Below, piece after piece: positions 1-13,419 of a stretch of 64,000 nucleotides of DNA. Below the pieces are notes generated by a model, which had not been told where the DNA came from, ran no database searches, and saw only the letters and a program-made list of their open reading frames with translations. A program made the translations under genes and the position numbers. Numbering within the stretch: position 1 is the stretch's first letter; each line of letters starts with the position of its first letter. The stretch comes from Amphiscolops sp. MND2022 (Eukaryota): contig OZ076409.1 of the NCBI GenBank assembly GCA_964187785.1, forward strand, positions 93,622,001 to 93,686,000, read 5' to 3'.

Positions 1-1670
1 TAAGCCATTATTTTTGTCTGTTTTCCAATCCTGCAGATAGCCAGGAGAGCATCCCCAGAAGCGATGACACCGACTTCCATCGTGAATCTCCTGGAGGACG
101 ATGATGGTCCACATACGCCTGAAGGTGGACCACCCCGGAGAATACCGTAGAAATCCAATGAAGAAGTACAGAACGGAGCGCGTCGTTATCCGAAAGGGAA
201 GATAACGGGCGTAATCAAGTGAAGGCACTGCACAACTCAGTTTCACCCCACCTGCCTATTACGAAGAAGCTCGGGCAAACTATCAAAACAATCAATCCTT
301 AGCGTTATGTTGTCTCGACAAAAAAATTTGCAATTTCAGTTATTGTTATAGTTAGACGCTCAGTGCTTTTAAATGGTGCTACTGGAGCATTTTCTAGTTG
401 TTATTGTTGCTGATGTAAAACAAAACCAAGAGAAACAAAGAAAGAAATGAAATGAAACCAAGATAACATCAATTAAACTTCCTAATTTTTTTCTTGAGTA
501 ACAGGTTGAGGCTGCAAATTAGTCTCGCAAAAGATATTTTACTCCAAGAAGTTAAACTGTTTTACCGGCAACTGCTCTAAAGAAAAACTTCCCTTAGCCG
601 AGCAGTTCCTGAGCTTCAAAAAAGATGTTTGAATAGTGTCGTGTGTCAATCGAAAAGAGACTTTTTAATGAACCACAGACATTAAAGAAATTTTCAGTGG
701 CAGACCGAAACAAAATTTTACTCGCCTATCGTGCTCAATACTTGCCTATCGTGCTAACGATAGGCAAAATCAAATCATCAAAAGTAAAGGAACTGACTTT
801 TGTCCCTTTATTGGTCGAATCCGGCGAGGATTGCAACATGGCAACCAAGCAATGGAGATGTCTATGCGATGTTGATGTTGACGATGTGGTCCCTCGCTCC
901 TCCTAGCTACCCACTTGACGGGGACGTCAAGCATTAATCCCGGGGAGTGATGTAACGATCACCTAGCATCGACAACATGAGCATTTGAATTCTGAAATAT
1001 TCGTTGAAGGAAATAGCAAGGAGCTTGAATTTGGCGATTTTGATGATATTGCTCTGAGGGTGTCCGTGTCTTTAAAAAGACTTGCCAGCCAAATCAAAGA
1101 GGCCCTGAACGATAGAGAGCCAAAAGAGACCCGAAAATAGCACGAATGAAAAGACTGCAAACCGAGAGAGTGTGAAAACGGACTCAAATTCGTCAATCAC
1201 ACGGACTTTTACTTTGACTGGCGCTTTCATTAGCATGTTGCTAACAATTGTTGCAATTTCTTGAAATGCGTCTTAAAATTGCTTTAACAGGCATCCGTGC
1301 TTGTGCCCTGTCAAATTGTTGCCTTGCCATGCTGATTGTGCAATAAAATGGTAATTATCTAGATGATTAAGCTCGTGAGCTACTTTTTCACCATGACCTC
1401 TGATGCTGAAATTCATCTTTGCCACCACCGGCATTTTTAAAGGCTATCTGAGTGGTAGTTTTGATAGAATAGCGTGATTCACGCTACGGATAGCAATTAA
1501 AGACTGGACAAGTTCGACGAGTACTCCACAGGAGACCAAATCCTCCTCTGACTGGACAACTTTTACCCGAAGGAGGCAAAATGAATCTATGGCTATTGGC
1601 AAATACCCATGTCATAGGTTCCTCCATCTCTTTGACGGAGCAGCAACAATGGTGAGAGCTTGTCGTTACA
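1..1670 (+). mobile_element. 3' end of a Gypsy LTR retrotransposon related to the 36100-53762 element (cut by window edge)
   Basis: PPT GGGGAGTGA at 942-950 directly before TGTAACGA (951); same PPT and pre-PPT hairpin as the giant element. Confidence 0.8.
951..1670 (+). repeat. 3' LTR (720 bp)
   Basis: Termini TGTAACGA...TCGTTACA (8-bp inverted); shares internal blocks (gctcgtgagct; agcaattaaagactggac; ggaggcaaaatga) with the giant element's LTR read in its sense. Confidence 0.8.
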
Positions 1671-1959
1671 AAAACAATGTTTGTTCTTTTATCTTGTTTT
1701 TCCATGCCCAAAAAGAACTTCTCAGTATTTTGAAGTGGTATCTTTGGGAAAACATATTTTGCGAACATTGAAAAAAGACAAACGTAGGATATGTTTTTGA
1801 TCTCCGTTTTTGCTAAAGTTAAATAGTCTTCCTCATTTCAATCCATTTTTCTAACTTTTTCAGTGATACTAGTTCAATGTCGGTTTTGAAAGTTTGGTGG
1901 AATTATTGTTTGTTAGCGCATTTACTTTGTCTTCAAAATAGTGTGTTTTTGTCACTTGT

Positions 1960-4222
1960 AAACGGTAACCGGCATTTCACAGTTTTTTTATTTTCCGTTT
2001 GAGGCCTTTGTCATCATCATCAATGGCGATTCGAGTTACAATTACTATACCATCAAGCCTGGCGGGCGTCTCGAAGTTTTCTGTATGATGATCATTGAAG
2101 ATTTATTGAAAAATTGTGGGTAGGTCTGAAAGTCTGTATACAGTTTTGTCAAATTCTAAAAACCTGCTAAACCTCTGCCGACAATTATGATTACGCATTC
2201 TCTTTGTGCGTTTTTCGTGACTTTCGATTGGCCGTATGCGTAGTCAAAAGTCAAATTCAGCTTTCGAGATCCATTTCCAGATTTGCTGTTTCCGTTTTTT
2301 GAAAATTTTTTGTTCATTAGCTCCTCCAAATTCTGCTTTTGTGCTTGACGTTCACCCAATAATTGTTAAAATTCGGATCCTACAGGATCTTGCAAATGAA
2401 ATGGAACTGTCTTGCGTTTTGTTGTTCCATTTAAGACCCCCCGCATTTATACTGTTATCTATTTCGACGCCTTTGACAGAATGTTTAATTTTTAACTTTT
2501 CTGAAATTTTGTTTTGGAATCTCTGTTCTGTTTCTGTGTTACCAATTGGCGCTCATTTCTGTTAGCTTCAATCAGATTTTCGTGTATCTGGATGACTGGT
2601 GATTTCAATTCCAGGTTTGTTCTTTTATCCACTTTTACCATGGCCAAAATGGACCTTTTAGTAGTATTTTGATGAATGCCTCTATTGCTTAATCGGCTCT
2701 TGGTATTTTTCCAAGGTGTCTTTTGCTCCGATAAGTGTCCTACATGTTGCAATTATTGGTTGTTCAGTAGTTTCTGATTGGATGTCGCACTTCCGATTGA
2801 TGTCGAGAATTTAGGTGATTGTCATTGATGACATGAGGTCTTTCTGTTTTTTCCATGATCTTATTCTCCGATAGGTGATCTTAACTTTGCAGTTTTTATT
2901 AGTTCAGTAGTTTTGGATTAGAGGTCGCACTTTGATTTGATGTCGAGAATTTAGGTGATTGTCATTGATGACATGAGGTCTTTCTGTTTTTTCCATGATC
3001 TTATTCTCCGATAGGTGATCTTAACTTTGCAGTTTTTATTAGTTTAGTAGTTTTGGATTAGAGGTCGCACTTTGATTTGATGTCGAGAATTTAGGTGATT
3101 GTCATTGATGACATGAGGTCTTTCTGTTTTTTCCATGATCTTATTCTCCGATAGGTGATCTTAACTTTGCAGTTTTTATTAGTTCAGTAGTTTTGGATTA
3201 GAGGTCGCACTTTGATTTGATGTCGAGAATTTAGGTGATTGTCATTGATGACATGAGGTCTTTCTGTTTTTTCCATGATCTTATTCTCCGATAGGTGATC
3301 TTAACTTTGCAGTTTTTATTAGTTCAGTAGTTTGGATTAGAGGTCGCACTTTGATTTGATATCGAGAATTTAGGTGATTGTCATTGATGACATGAGGTCT
3401 TTCTGTTTTTTCCATGATCTTATTCTCCGATAGGTGATCTTAACTTTGCAGTTTTTATTAGTTCAGTAGTTTTGGATTAGAGGTCGCACTTTGATTTGAT
3501 ATCGAGAATTTAGGTGATTGTCATTGATGACATGAGGTCTTTCTGTTTTTTCCATGATCTTATTCTCCGATAGGTGATCTTAACTTTGCAGTTTTTATTA
3601 GTTCAGTAGTTTTGGATTAGAGGTCGCACTTTGATTTGATGTCGAGAATTTAGGTGATTGTCATTGATGACATGAGGTCTTTCTGTTTTTTCCATGATCT
3701 TATTCTCCGATAGGTGATCTTAACTTTGCAGTTTTTATTAGTTCAGTAGTTTTGGATTAGAGGTCGCACTTTGATTTGATGTCGAGAATTTAGGTGATTG
3801 TCATTGATGACATGAGGTCTTTCTGTTTTTTCCATGATCTTATTCTCCGATAGGTCATCTTAGCTTTGCAGTTTTTATTAGTTCAGTAGTTTTGGATTAG
3901 AGGTCGCACTTTGATTTGATGTTGAAGAGTCGTTGCGAAGCCTGTTCAGGGTTTTCGTTTTCTTGTGACAATGATTCAATGAAGTATGTTCTCTTGTGTT
4001 GTGTGTTCGTTTCTGATATAATACGATTTTGGTTTAGTGCGATGAGTCTGACTTTCCGCATCTGCGATCAACCGTGAGATATCAAAGGTGTTGAATAACC
4101 ACTAAACTATAAAATATGCTGTCTCTTTTTAACGAAGACTATCTAGCTTACTAACTGTATGCCCCAAAACCGATCATCGCCAGTCGGTAATTTATGCTAA
4201 TTGGAGTACCGGTCTCAAGGAC
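1960..4222 (-). mobile_element. Degenerate Gypsy remnant (RT fragments) with partial LTR-like piece at 4073-4222
   Basis: Minus-strand FDYAYGQ...ECVIIIVG (2156-2359) resembles the RT at 32672-33061; PARLDGIVIVT near 2040-2070 is a decayed WLDD motif; 4073-4222 recurs inverted at 9824-9972. Boundaries approximate. Confidence 0.6.
2762..3923. repeat. 140-bp tandem array, ~8 near-identical copies
   Basis: t(g/a)tcgagaatttagg recurs at 2801, 2941, 3081, 3221, 3360, 3500, 3640, 3780. Confidence 0.97.
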
Positions 4223-5242
4223 TTTAGAGTTAAGTAAAGTTCAATTACCGTCTATGCCTCAACAACAAAATGCTTTAGTTACCACTTTGCAGTGAGAATA
4301 AATTGTTTGATACTTTCAGGAGCTTAGAAGGGGACATTTGTGGACAAAAGAAACATTTGTATTAAACAATTGTGGTTAAGGTAATTGTCCAGGTTTTTGA
4401 ACTTTTGTTGCTTTACATTATAATTAGTTTAGCTGTCTAATGCAACCTAAATTCCCAAAGTTTCCTTGAACTCCTAAGTAAGAGAGAATGAGGTACACCT
4501 TTTAATGAAATTATTGAATGGTTTTTTCCCAGATTGTTGAAAAATGTCTTCCAATTCACGACCATTGGAACTTTATTAATAACGATTGTTGATTTTGCTG
4601 CTTTTCCGTACTCCTAGTTGAATTTCGTCTCAGTTTCAGTCAAATGAAGAAAGTTGTGTTTTAGTTATAAGCCACAGAAATATACATTTCTGCGCATATA
4701 TGCATTGGAAAAAATAATCGGATTACGAATTATATATTTTTTGCCCAAAACGCGCATTTTTGCCGCTAGCATCATGAGACAATATAATGAATGATTCAAA
4801 ATTCGGTACTTCACGTGAAGTTGGCTAGACTTGAGACGCCTATTTCCACAACCTTTTTCTGAATTGATTACTGAATTGCCATTGAAATCAATTTTACATT
4901 GAAGGCTAATATTACTGTATTTATTCAACTTCGAATCAATTTTTCATTAGAAATTAGGCAAACAGTCTGAAAAGTAAGGTTTTCAACAACTCAAAGAGAC
5001 TGTTATAATGAAAAACAAAGGAATTCGTAGCAAAATTTAAGTTCATTCGGAGTCAACCTTGCATCTCCAGAATTGAATCAAACCGAAAAACTAAAAAAAA
5101 ACTAATTGAAGGATTTTTTTAGTAAGTTTAGTCTAGGTCTGAAAAAAAACTAAAGAGACGACCGGCTTGAAGTTCAAACACAACCCAGGGACGCCCAAAA
5201 GCGGCGTTCTACTTAAAGCTCACAAAGTTCGAAATCTCTCAA

Positions 5243-5766
5243 ACATGCTGCAGGCCTGCATGTAGCGTAGTTTTTTATAAAACCTAGAAAATTCAGTGAA
5301 CTTCGGATGGTAGATCATGTAGAATTACACTGCATTTTTCACTACTGCAATTAAATTTGAAAATAAAATTTACTTCATTACCGAGAGGATCACTTTGTAT
5401 TGACACTTTGTTTTCTCAACTACTCATCCGATGTGATCACGGCTTATCAAATAGCACGCTAAACATGACGCTATTTTGCGGTTTATTACACGGCTGAAGT
5501 TATTTTGCATTAAATTAGCGGTAAAAGCGATAACAACTTATTTGCTCTAAAATTATAGCTGCTGCTTGATGAAACCTACGAAACTTCAAGGCTTAAAAAA
5601 TTAACGCACAAATTTTGATGAATTTTTCAAGCATCTTGATAAAGTTTAAATACAACAGAGAAATATTTTCGCATGAAAGTTGCTGTAAGAGTTATAGAAA
5701 ATGATTATAAAAGTTGCTGGCAACATTAAAGTACATGCAAAAAGTTCAAGCAGTTTCAACAAGGGT
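5243..5766 (-). repeat. Dispersed repeat ending in tgcaggcctgca palindrome (class unknown)
   Basis: Reverse complement aligns by eye with 62529-63054; same end motif at ~19885 and ~23288. Confidence 0.75.
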
Positions 5767-8700
5767 TTAGGCTTGAAAAACTTTTTTCCAACTAATTTTG
5801 AAAATAGACAACGCGGCCCTTTCGAGATAACAAAAGTTTTCAGAAAGCATCGCATTGTGCAGAAAAAAACCCCGGATGGTCTCGTAAATGGCTCAAAAGT
5901 ATACAGTAGTCCCAGTGAAAAAAAAAGTTTGAAATTCTTGACAAGAATTTCGCCAAGATTCATATAAAAAAACCGGGAGGTGAAATTTCGATCATTTCAA
6001 AATGGAGTGCAGTTTCACAACTTTTCAAATTGGGGTCTGTTTATAGTAATTTTGGGCCATGTTCTGAGAAAAATTTAAAAAATTACCCTTTTATCAGCAA
6101 TTTTACGCCCAATTTCAATAGGTAATTGTCGGCAATTACCAATTCTGGGTAATTTTTCAATTTTATACAATCAATTTTGAGTCTGAAACTTGTAATTTTT
6201 AGTTATTTTTCGTCTTGTGTTCAATTCTTTAATATCGTAATTTTGTTTACTTAAGATCTGAATTTGCCATTGTTAGAGCAGAATTCAATGATTTTTCCAC
6301 TTCATCTGCGTTTTTTGGATGTTTTACAATCAATATTGGGTTTGAAACATGTAATGTTTAGATCCTAATTGAAACATGTAATGTTTAGATCCTAAATCCA
6401 AACTTAATGGATCTTGTTTTGAATCCTTTCAGATCATAATTTTGCTTAATTCAGATCTGAATTTGCAATTTTTAGAGCAGAATTCAATCATTTTCACTCA
6501 AATCACACTATTTAAATTTCACTTAATCGGCGTTTTTTGGATGTTTTTTACTGAATATTTTTGGATATTTTATCAGCTTATTTTTCGAGACTTCCGAAGG
6601 TTTTATGATGATTGAGCCTCCAAACGTGAATCTTGAGGCCTCTTGCATTTTCTTGCTTCTTCATGGTTTTTCTTGAAACTCTTGGGAAGAATCTCGAGAT
6701 TGCTTGAATTTCTCGCCACGATCTTATCAAATGCCTGCAAACTTCGTCTTTTCGTTATAAAAATGAAAAAAAATGAAAGTCCCTGTCGGAGATCGATCTA
6801 GTGATATTCTGATTGTCTCTGGTCACTTTAATGCGATTGTCGAAAACCTGTTGAAAGTCGCCATAGTAGTTAGTCGGTATTTGGTCCATACGCAGATCAA
6901 TACAAGCCCGAATTAGATTATACTAACGCCCTACTTGTGGTATAAATGGCGCACAAAACTTCAAAATCATAATCAGCGGTAGCAATTGTCTACTTTTGAG
7001 CAACACTTGAAATAACTCCATTAAAAAACTTTTACTTCCATTCACTGCAAAAATTTCAAAATACGCTGCAAAGTACTTCTGTTGAATGAAATAATTTAAT
7101 TAATTTCATCGAACGAAAACATTTTTTCAATCGATAAAGTTTTCATCATTTCTAATATTGAATTGAGCTGAATTTCAATAAACAGACGCTGAGATAGAGT
7201 TGCTAATGAAGAGAATTCGAGGAGTCATCTGAAAACTTGAAAGCGAAAATAGGTTGCCTTCGGAAGCGACACTTGATAGAATCGTCTCGATTCACATGTG
7301 ATGATTGTCTATAAATTTCACTAGTTACTAAGGAATCTTATCGCCAAAGGAATCTTGATGCATCTTTTACATTTTGTAGAAAAAATCCCACATCATGCCA
7401 GCAGCGTGTGAAAAATCCCAACATTCTCGATTGTTGCTGTTGCGTTGTATTGTCTCGTGTCCTTCGGAAGAATACATGCCAAAATGACTGCTGTGAGCCC
7501 TACGGCCGAAACAGTGTTGAAAAGACTTAGTTATCTTACTGCTAATTTTTCACTCAACTCCTGTTTGTGAATAATAGCCTGAATTGAAAACCCAGATAAA
7601 GCCTTCGATGGTCATCCATAGTTTGACAGTTCTTCAGTATTATACCCCCGACCATCTGCGCTTGTAATTTTTTGTTTTGACGGGTATATATTTTCTCCAC
7701 AACACTGCCTACTGAGGGTTGTTAGGAACACGCGGTGCTGAAATGTGCAACCTATGCTATCTTGTGCCATTAAGGTAATTGGAAACAAAAATTCCTCTAT
7801 CGAACAATTTAAGTGATGTGGATTTCAACTCAAGTTGACAGTTTCGAAATGAAAACAAGTTTCTGCAGAATCCAAATTTTCCCACCTTTAGGCCACTGGT
7901 GGAAAACTGTCAAATGAGCTAATTTTGTGTTCACCGATGTTCCCTGGTTGGACTTTGCTGGACAACGCTGGAATGTCAGTACCACAGTATTTCTTGATTT
8001 CAAGGTCATTTTGGACAGTTCTTCTCCAAAAAACCAACCGCTATTTTGCACGTTTGAAGAAACAGCTGGAAAGCCCCAGAGTAAAATGGAAATACCCGCA
8101 TAATGAGGTCTTATGATTACTAGCAATCATTACTACCCAACCGCAAAAGATTCAGCAATAATATGCAAAAATTGCTAGCAGAATTGAACAAAACAAATCA
8201 CTAATTCCATTTAAAGTCACCGGGACGTTATGCAAATTCTTTGACATCCTATTAGCTTTTCTGAGACATGCAGTCTTTTGGCCTTCCCCCGAGAAAATTA
8301 TACTTTTCATCTGTTAGCAGGGAGTCCTTAATCCTTCTCATTACATACAAAATTCCATTAAATTCCTTTTAAAAGATTTCCAGCAAAGCTCCTTCTTCAT
8401 TAATATTCTCCCCGCTCATGAAAATCTTCTGCAGTTCTCGATAAGTTTGTGAATGAAGAGTTCGAACACATGATGAATCCTTTTTTTTCAAACAGTTTTA
8501 CCAATTAGTCAGAGCAATAAGTTTGGTAACTGTTTTTAAATCTCACAAGGTAGCATTTGATTTTTTAAACAGTAAAACTACATCAATTGAAATATATTTC
8601 TCTAGAAAGAAAAGGAAAGATTTTTAATTGGATATTTTTGACTTTTATTAAAGCAATTATGAAAACAGAATTACAAAACATATCCAATAAGTAGGAAGAC

Positions 8701-9312
8701 TAAGCTATCGGGATTTTCAAGTTTTGGCCCTGGAGAACTAATTTGACACAAGGTTGGGAACATGTACTAGTCTGGGGTGTTTGAGTTTTCATGAAATTCT
8801 ATATGCTAAAAATACTGTGAAATTGAACAAAGAGAAAAATGTGAAAAGAAATATTACTGAATGTTTCGATGGAAAATATACATAATTTTTGTTTGCGTTG
8901 ATCGAAAAAACCCATGCGCATAGTACACTGTGAAAACTTCAGCAGAACTACCCGAAATAGCATTCCATTTTACCTGGAAAACACGGGTAAAAAGATACCA
9001 TGAGAATTACCCCAAAGGTCAAGAGAAAACCCAAAAAAATTCTGGGGTATGGAATATGGGGTACCTGATTTTTCCAAGCAAAAAAGCTAGAAGACTTGAA
9101 GTTTGTTTCCTTGTTTCTACGGTAAATTTGCCGTTGACTGGGTGCAAATTTGCCAGCGGATACCTTGATCACTGATAACTGGCCCTCGGTTCAAAAATAC
9201 ACAGTGACCCCTGGCATCTCATGCAATTTGTGCAACTTGTAATTGCCCAAGGGACTGACTGTCTGGCAATTTCACTCTCGCAGTCCCGACGGTGTAGCAG
9301 AATAAAACACAT

Positions 9313-9789
9313 TAAAAGTGGTTGAATGGAAAAAGACCAAGCGTATGTAAAATCAATGTTAAGTAATCTTAATGCAATGAAGCGAAGTACCAAAAGAACT
9401 CACTAAAAACTGATTTTTCGCCAAACAATATTGACAAGAAAAAAAATTGTTTGTTGTAAACAGCTACTTTTTTGATAGATGCTACGGACATTTATTCTAC
9501 GCGGGAACATTCGGAGTAATTCTTTCAAAAAACTCCCGAAAGCTGAACTGGTTTAGGTATAGCCTGAAAGTGAAGCTAGTGAACAAATGGAATTACTCCA
9601 GCTGTACCCCGTATTGTAAAAGTCCGAAGCCAAAACGATAATGTAGTTGTTACCAACAAACTATATTTGTTTTCCGGAAAATGCATTTTTGGTGAGTATC
9701 TTTCGGTACTTCGCTTCATCGCATATTGCATTAGCATTACTTAACGTTGATTTTTCATACACTTGGTCGTTTTTCATTCAACCACTTTT
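9313..9789. mobile_element. MITE-like element with ~100-bp imperfect terminal inverted repeats
   Basis: aaaagtggttgaatg...gaagcgaagtacc (9313-9410) is the reverse complement of ggtacttcgcttc...cattcaaccactttt (9686-9789). Confidence 0.7.
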
Positions 9790-9823
9790 CATTTAAGAGA
9801 TAATGTATTGCTTTGTTCCGCCG

Positions 9824-9972
9824 TCCTTGAGACCGGTACCTCGATTTGCATTGAATACCGTCTGGCGATGATCGATTTGTAAGGGATAGAGTTAGCTAGA
9901 TAGATAGACACTTCACAGTAGAGATGGCTTATTTCATAGCTTAATGTTAATTGAACATTTTAGTATACCTCC
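9824..9972 (+). repeat. LTR-like fragment, inverted homolog of 4073-4222
   Basis: gtccttgagaccggtac...ctggcgatgatcg shared with reverse complement of 4073-4222. Confidence 0.55.
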
Positions 9973-11823
9973 CGTATTATCATAATCCCAGAATACAACA
10001 TTGGAAATGATAGAAACGATTTGAAACAGGTAACTTAAATTTTAAGCAGGATGAGACTATTTGGAGGTCAAATAAAGCTCAAAAAGTTGAAAGTTTGCTC
10101 AAAATTCGATATATAGAAGGTTCGTCACACTGTTTGTTTTACGAAAATAGTCATTCAGATAGAACTTTTTGCAGTAAATGGTTGCCTTGTAAACGATTCG
10201 TCAATTCCCTCCCACTGTCATGACCTAGTTGTTTGGTTTCAAACCATCCTGGCTAGAAACAATGAATTTTCTTCAACGTCAGACAAATGAAGCACTATTT
10301 AGAGCTGGGAAGTATTTGAGAAGCATTAATAGGAAACCTAAGGTTTTGCAGTAGCCTTAGAACTCGCTTTTTCTCGTTTTTTTTTCCTGTAAATCTCCGG
10401 GAATCTTATCAAATATCGATAAAGCTCCTCAGTGAAGAACTGTGATGCAAGTTACCGTGAAACCTCAAGTCCGGACGCGGAACAGAGTACGAAAAGGTTA
10501 AAATTGGTGAAACAATTGGAATCGATCGCCGTTCTTCTGCTTTGGAAACATATTCTGCAATCACAATACCTACTGGTATATCAGTGCCAACTGTCATATC
10601 GGTCGCCTGATCTTTTTCTTGCGTTCGTTTCTGTCTTCAGAAGAAAAGAATTGACAGTTAGAGTTTCAAATAAAATCGAGAACTGAAGATAGTTCCTAGC
10701 CTTCCTAAGGATTTCTATGTGCTCCTGAGGGTTAACAAATTTGATCTAACTGGAAGACAAATTAATAGTAGACCACACAAACATCTCAGTTCCACAATGA
10801 TCGAAAAAACATCAATCCTCCCTATTTTTTTTTCTGGTGTCTTTGTGAGTTGTTTTCGGAGAAAACAAGAAGGAAAATCGCAGAAAACAGTAAGATAGAA
10901 AACTTCATATACTGTAATTTTGCATGGTTTTTTCGGTTAACACACGTTTTTCGGGAAGTCATGGGTTTTGTTTTGGAAATCTCATAAAACTGCAAGGACA
11001 CGCACTTATTCGTGGAATTTGTTTGGAGGCGTCGTTTGACTTTCGGTCATTGAAAAAGTTGCATTTGCGTTTATGGGTTGCCTGAAACAATATTTTGGAA
11101 TGTTTGACATTTAACTTGGAGTGAAAATCAGGACCAAATAGTCCTCCTATAAGTATTTTACCGTATTTACTGTACTTTGGATAATTTTTATAAAACATAT
11201 TTTTTGCCAAAAAGTGAGGAGTTTTATGTTTCCAACTTTGAAAAATCATTTTTGAAGCATTAAATGAAGGTTGTTTTGGCACTGCAAGAATTTGAGAATT
11301 TTCTTGAAGCTACTTGACCTGAAAACAAAACATCGAGATATAAAATGAGATTGCTTTCCTTGAGCTCCGATACCGTTTTGAACGGAGTTTCTGTAGCAAA
11401 GCTGGTCCCGTTCTCTTCACATGTTTTTTGATGACCGGATCTTTCATTCACAAAGGACAATTTAAATTGAGTTTCTCGAGAAAAAAACTGCCAGAGCTTG
11501 GTTTTCAAATTGCAACATGGCAGATAGTAAAACGGGGATGCCCATTTTACTATTTGCCATGTTGCAATATGAAAACCAAGCTCTGACAGTTTTCCACCCC
11601 GAACTATCATTTCATGTTGTCTTCAGAATTTTGATTGGTCAATTTAGTTTCATTCAGCTCAAACTCAGCGCACTAGATACCGGTAGTCATATCAGATTGC
11701 GTCGCATTTTTCGATCCGCTGCAGCTAAAAATGTTCAGACTGAGAATTCACAGTGTTTGTATTTGATCTAATTACCCTAGTAACGTGCTACACCAAGACA
11801 GGGTTGCAGCCGATGCAAAAGAT

Positions 11824-12323
11824 AACAATCCGGGACCGGCCCAAGTCGGCGCCATATCTAAGTCTCAAAAATAGCAAAAGGACTTCAATATGTCAAAGTT
11901 TTGGTGAGTTGGGGACCCTTTTATGAAAAAAAAATTTTGGAAAAAAAGTCTTACAATGCCGAAAAAAAAACTGAAAAGGGGCGGAACCCTTTGGGATTTT
12001 TCAACATCCAATCCATTCTGTAGCAAAACTCCAAAAAAACTGAAGGGGGACCCTTTGGGGATTTTTTTCCGGAAAAAGTCTCACAATGCCGAAAAAAAAT
12101 GAAAGGGGGACCCTTTGGTCTCGCCCGGTATGGTATGTTACGCGGGAAAACAGTAAAAACCTTTTTGGTTCAGTTCGCTAGGCCAAATGGTGCAATTTGG
12201 TGCAATAATGTTTTGTAGAACTTTTGTAGAACTATTTTGGCCAGTTCAGGTGGTCTTAAAAAAACTGACGAAAAGCCATGACTATAGTCGACTCTTTTCT
12301 AAAGAAAAGCGCCGACTAAAAAA
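11824..12323 (-). mobile_element. Helentron/DINE-like non-autonomous element
   Basis: Subterminal inverted agtcggcgc/gcgccgact, hairpin at the A/T-run end, aacaa(t/g) other end; homolog of 59990-60526. Confidence 0.6.
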
Positions 12324-13419
12324 CGAATCCTGATTAAATTTTTAAATTCTGCTAGATGTTTCATTGAACGGAAACAGAGCGATCGTGTATATCTCAGTTC
12401 AAAACTACAAAAAAATCATTTCTTATCAACCACAATCTTAATTCGCTTTGAGGTATTTCTCGTACCATGGCTTTAGAATTGTTAAAGATGAACTACTCAT
12501 AAGTAGATTTGAATATTCATTGATTCCAAGATAGGGAAAAAATCGATGAACGGAGAACCGTATGCTGATATTCAGCTGAAAACTAACAATTTGCTCTTTA
12601 TAGAAGGCTCGAATCATTTGATAAAAAATTGCAGTCAGTTTAAAAATGTAGCATCAGGTGCTGGAGAATTCACAGACAGATTTTCGGTGGAAAAATGAAA
12701 ACTGAATAACATCACTTTTATCAGGTCACTCGAGTTTTTCGGAGTATAAAACTGACTTGTTTTTACTTCAAAATAGCCCTGAATGCCCAAAGATACGGTT
12801 TATAAATCCACCCATTTGTCAGCCAGATTCACTCATGTAAAAACTGGTAGCCGCTTCTACAATAAATTCAGTTGGATTAGATTTTCTAAGCTGCAGAGCC
12901 TAATGTAATTAGAAGATGCATATCGCCGTAAAGACTTGTCAGTCATTGTGTTACAGTCATTGTGTCACATGAGAAAATGGACTTTTGAAATCCCGAAATT
13001 GAAGTATCATGCTTCCAAGCTGATAAGATATAGTGATTTCATTGTTTTTTTTCTCAAAAAGTAATCGCGTCGTATTTATTTTAGACATTCAAGAAATCAC
13101 TTCGATTAACGAATTCGCAGCTTTACAAAATTAATTTGCAAGTTTAAAATGATTGCGGAACGGAAGGAATTTCCCGGGATACCGCGTTCCAAATGTGTCA
13201 TTGGAATGTACAGGCAAGGTAGCGTCTATTGAAACAGATTCACTGATAGAAAAGGATTCTATGGTTTGTGTCCTCTAGAATTATCAATAGCATTTTCAAT
13301 TCACTTCTCTAAGCAACTTCATGCTCATCGTAGTAAGATCGTATCAATCATGCAACTTTGCGCAATTTTCGTCCAAATATACGTTTGATCCAAAAACGAT
13401 ACATTTACAGATCAATTTG

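Noticed and set aside
7370..8105. Claudin-like (minus, LGFFTRCW) and C-type-lectin-like (plus, FVFTD..WLDF) fragments
   Set aside because: Only a few residues match, with in-frame stops; cannot be supported without a search.
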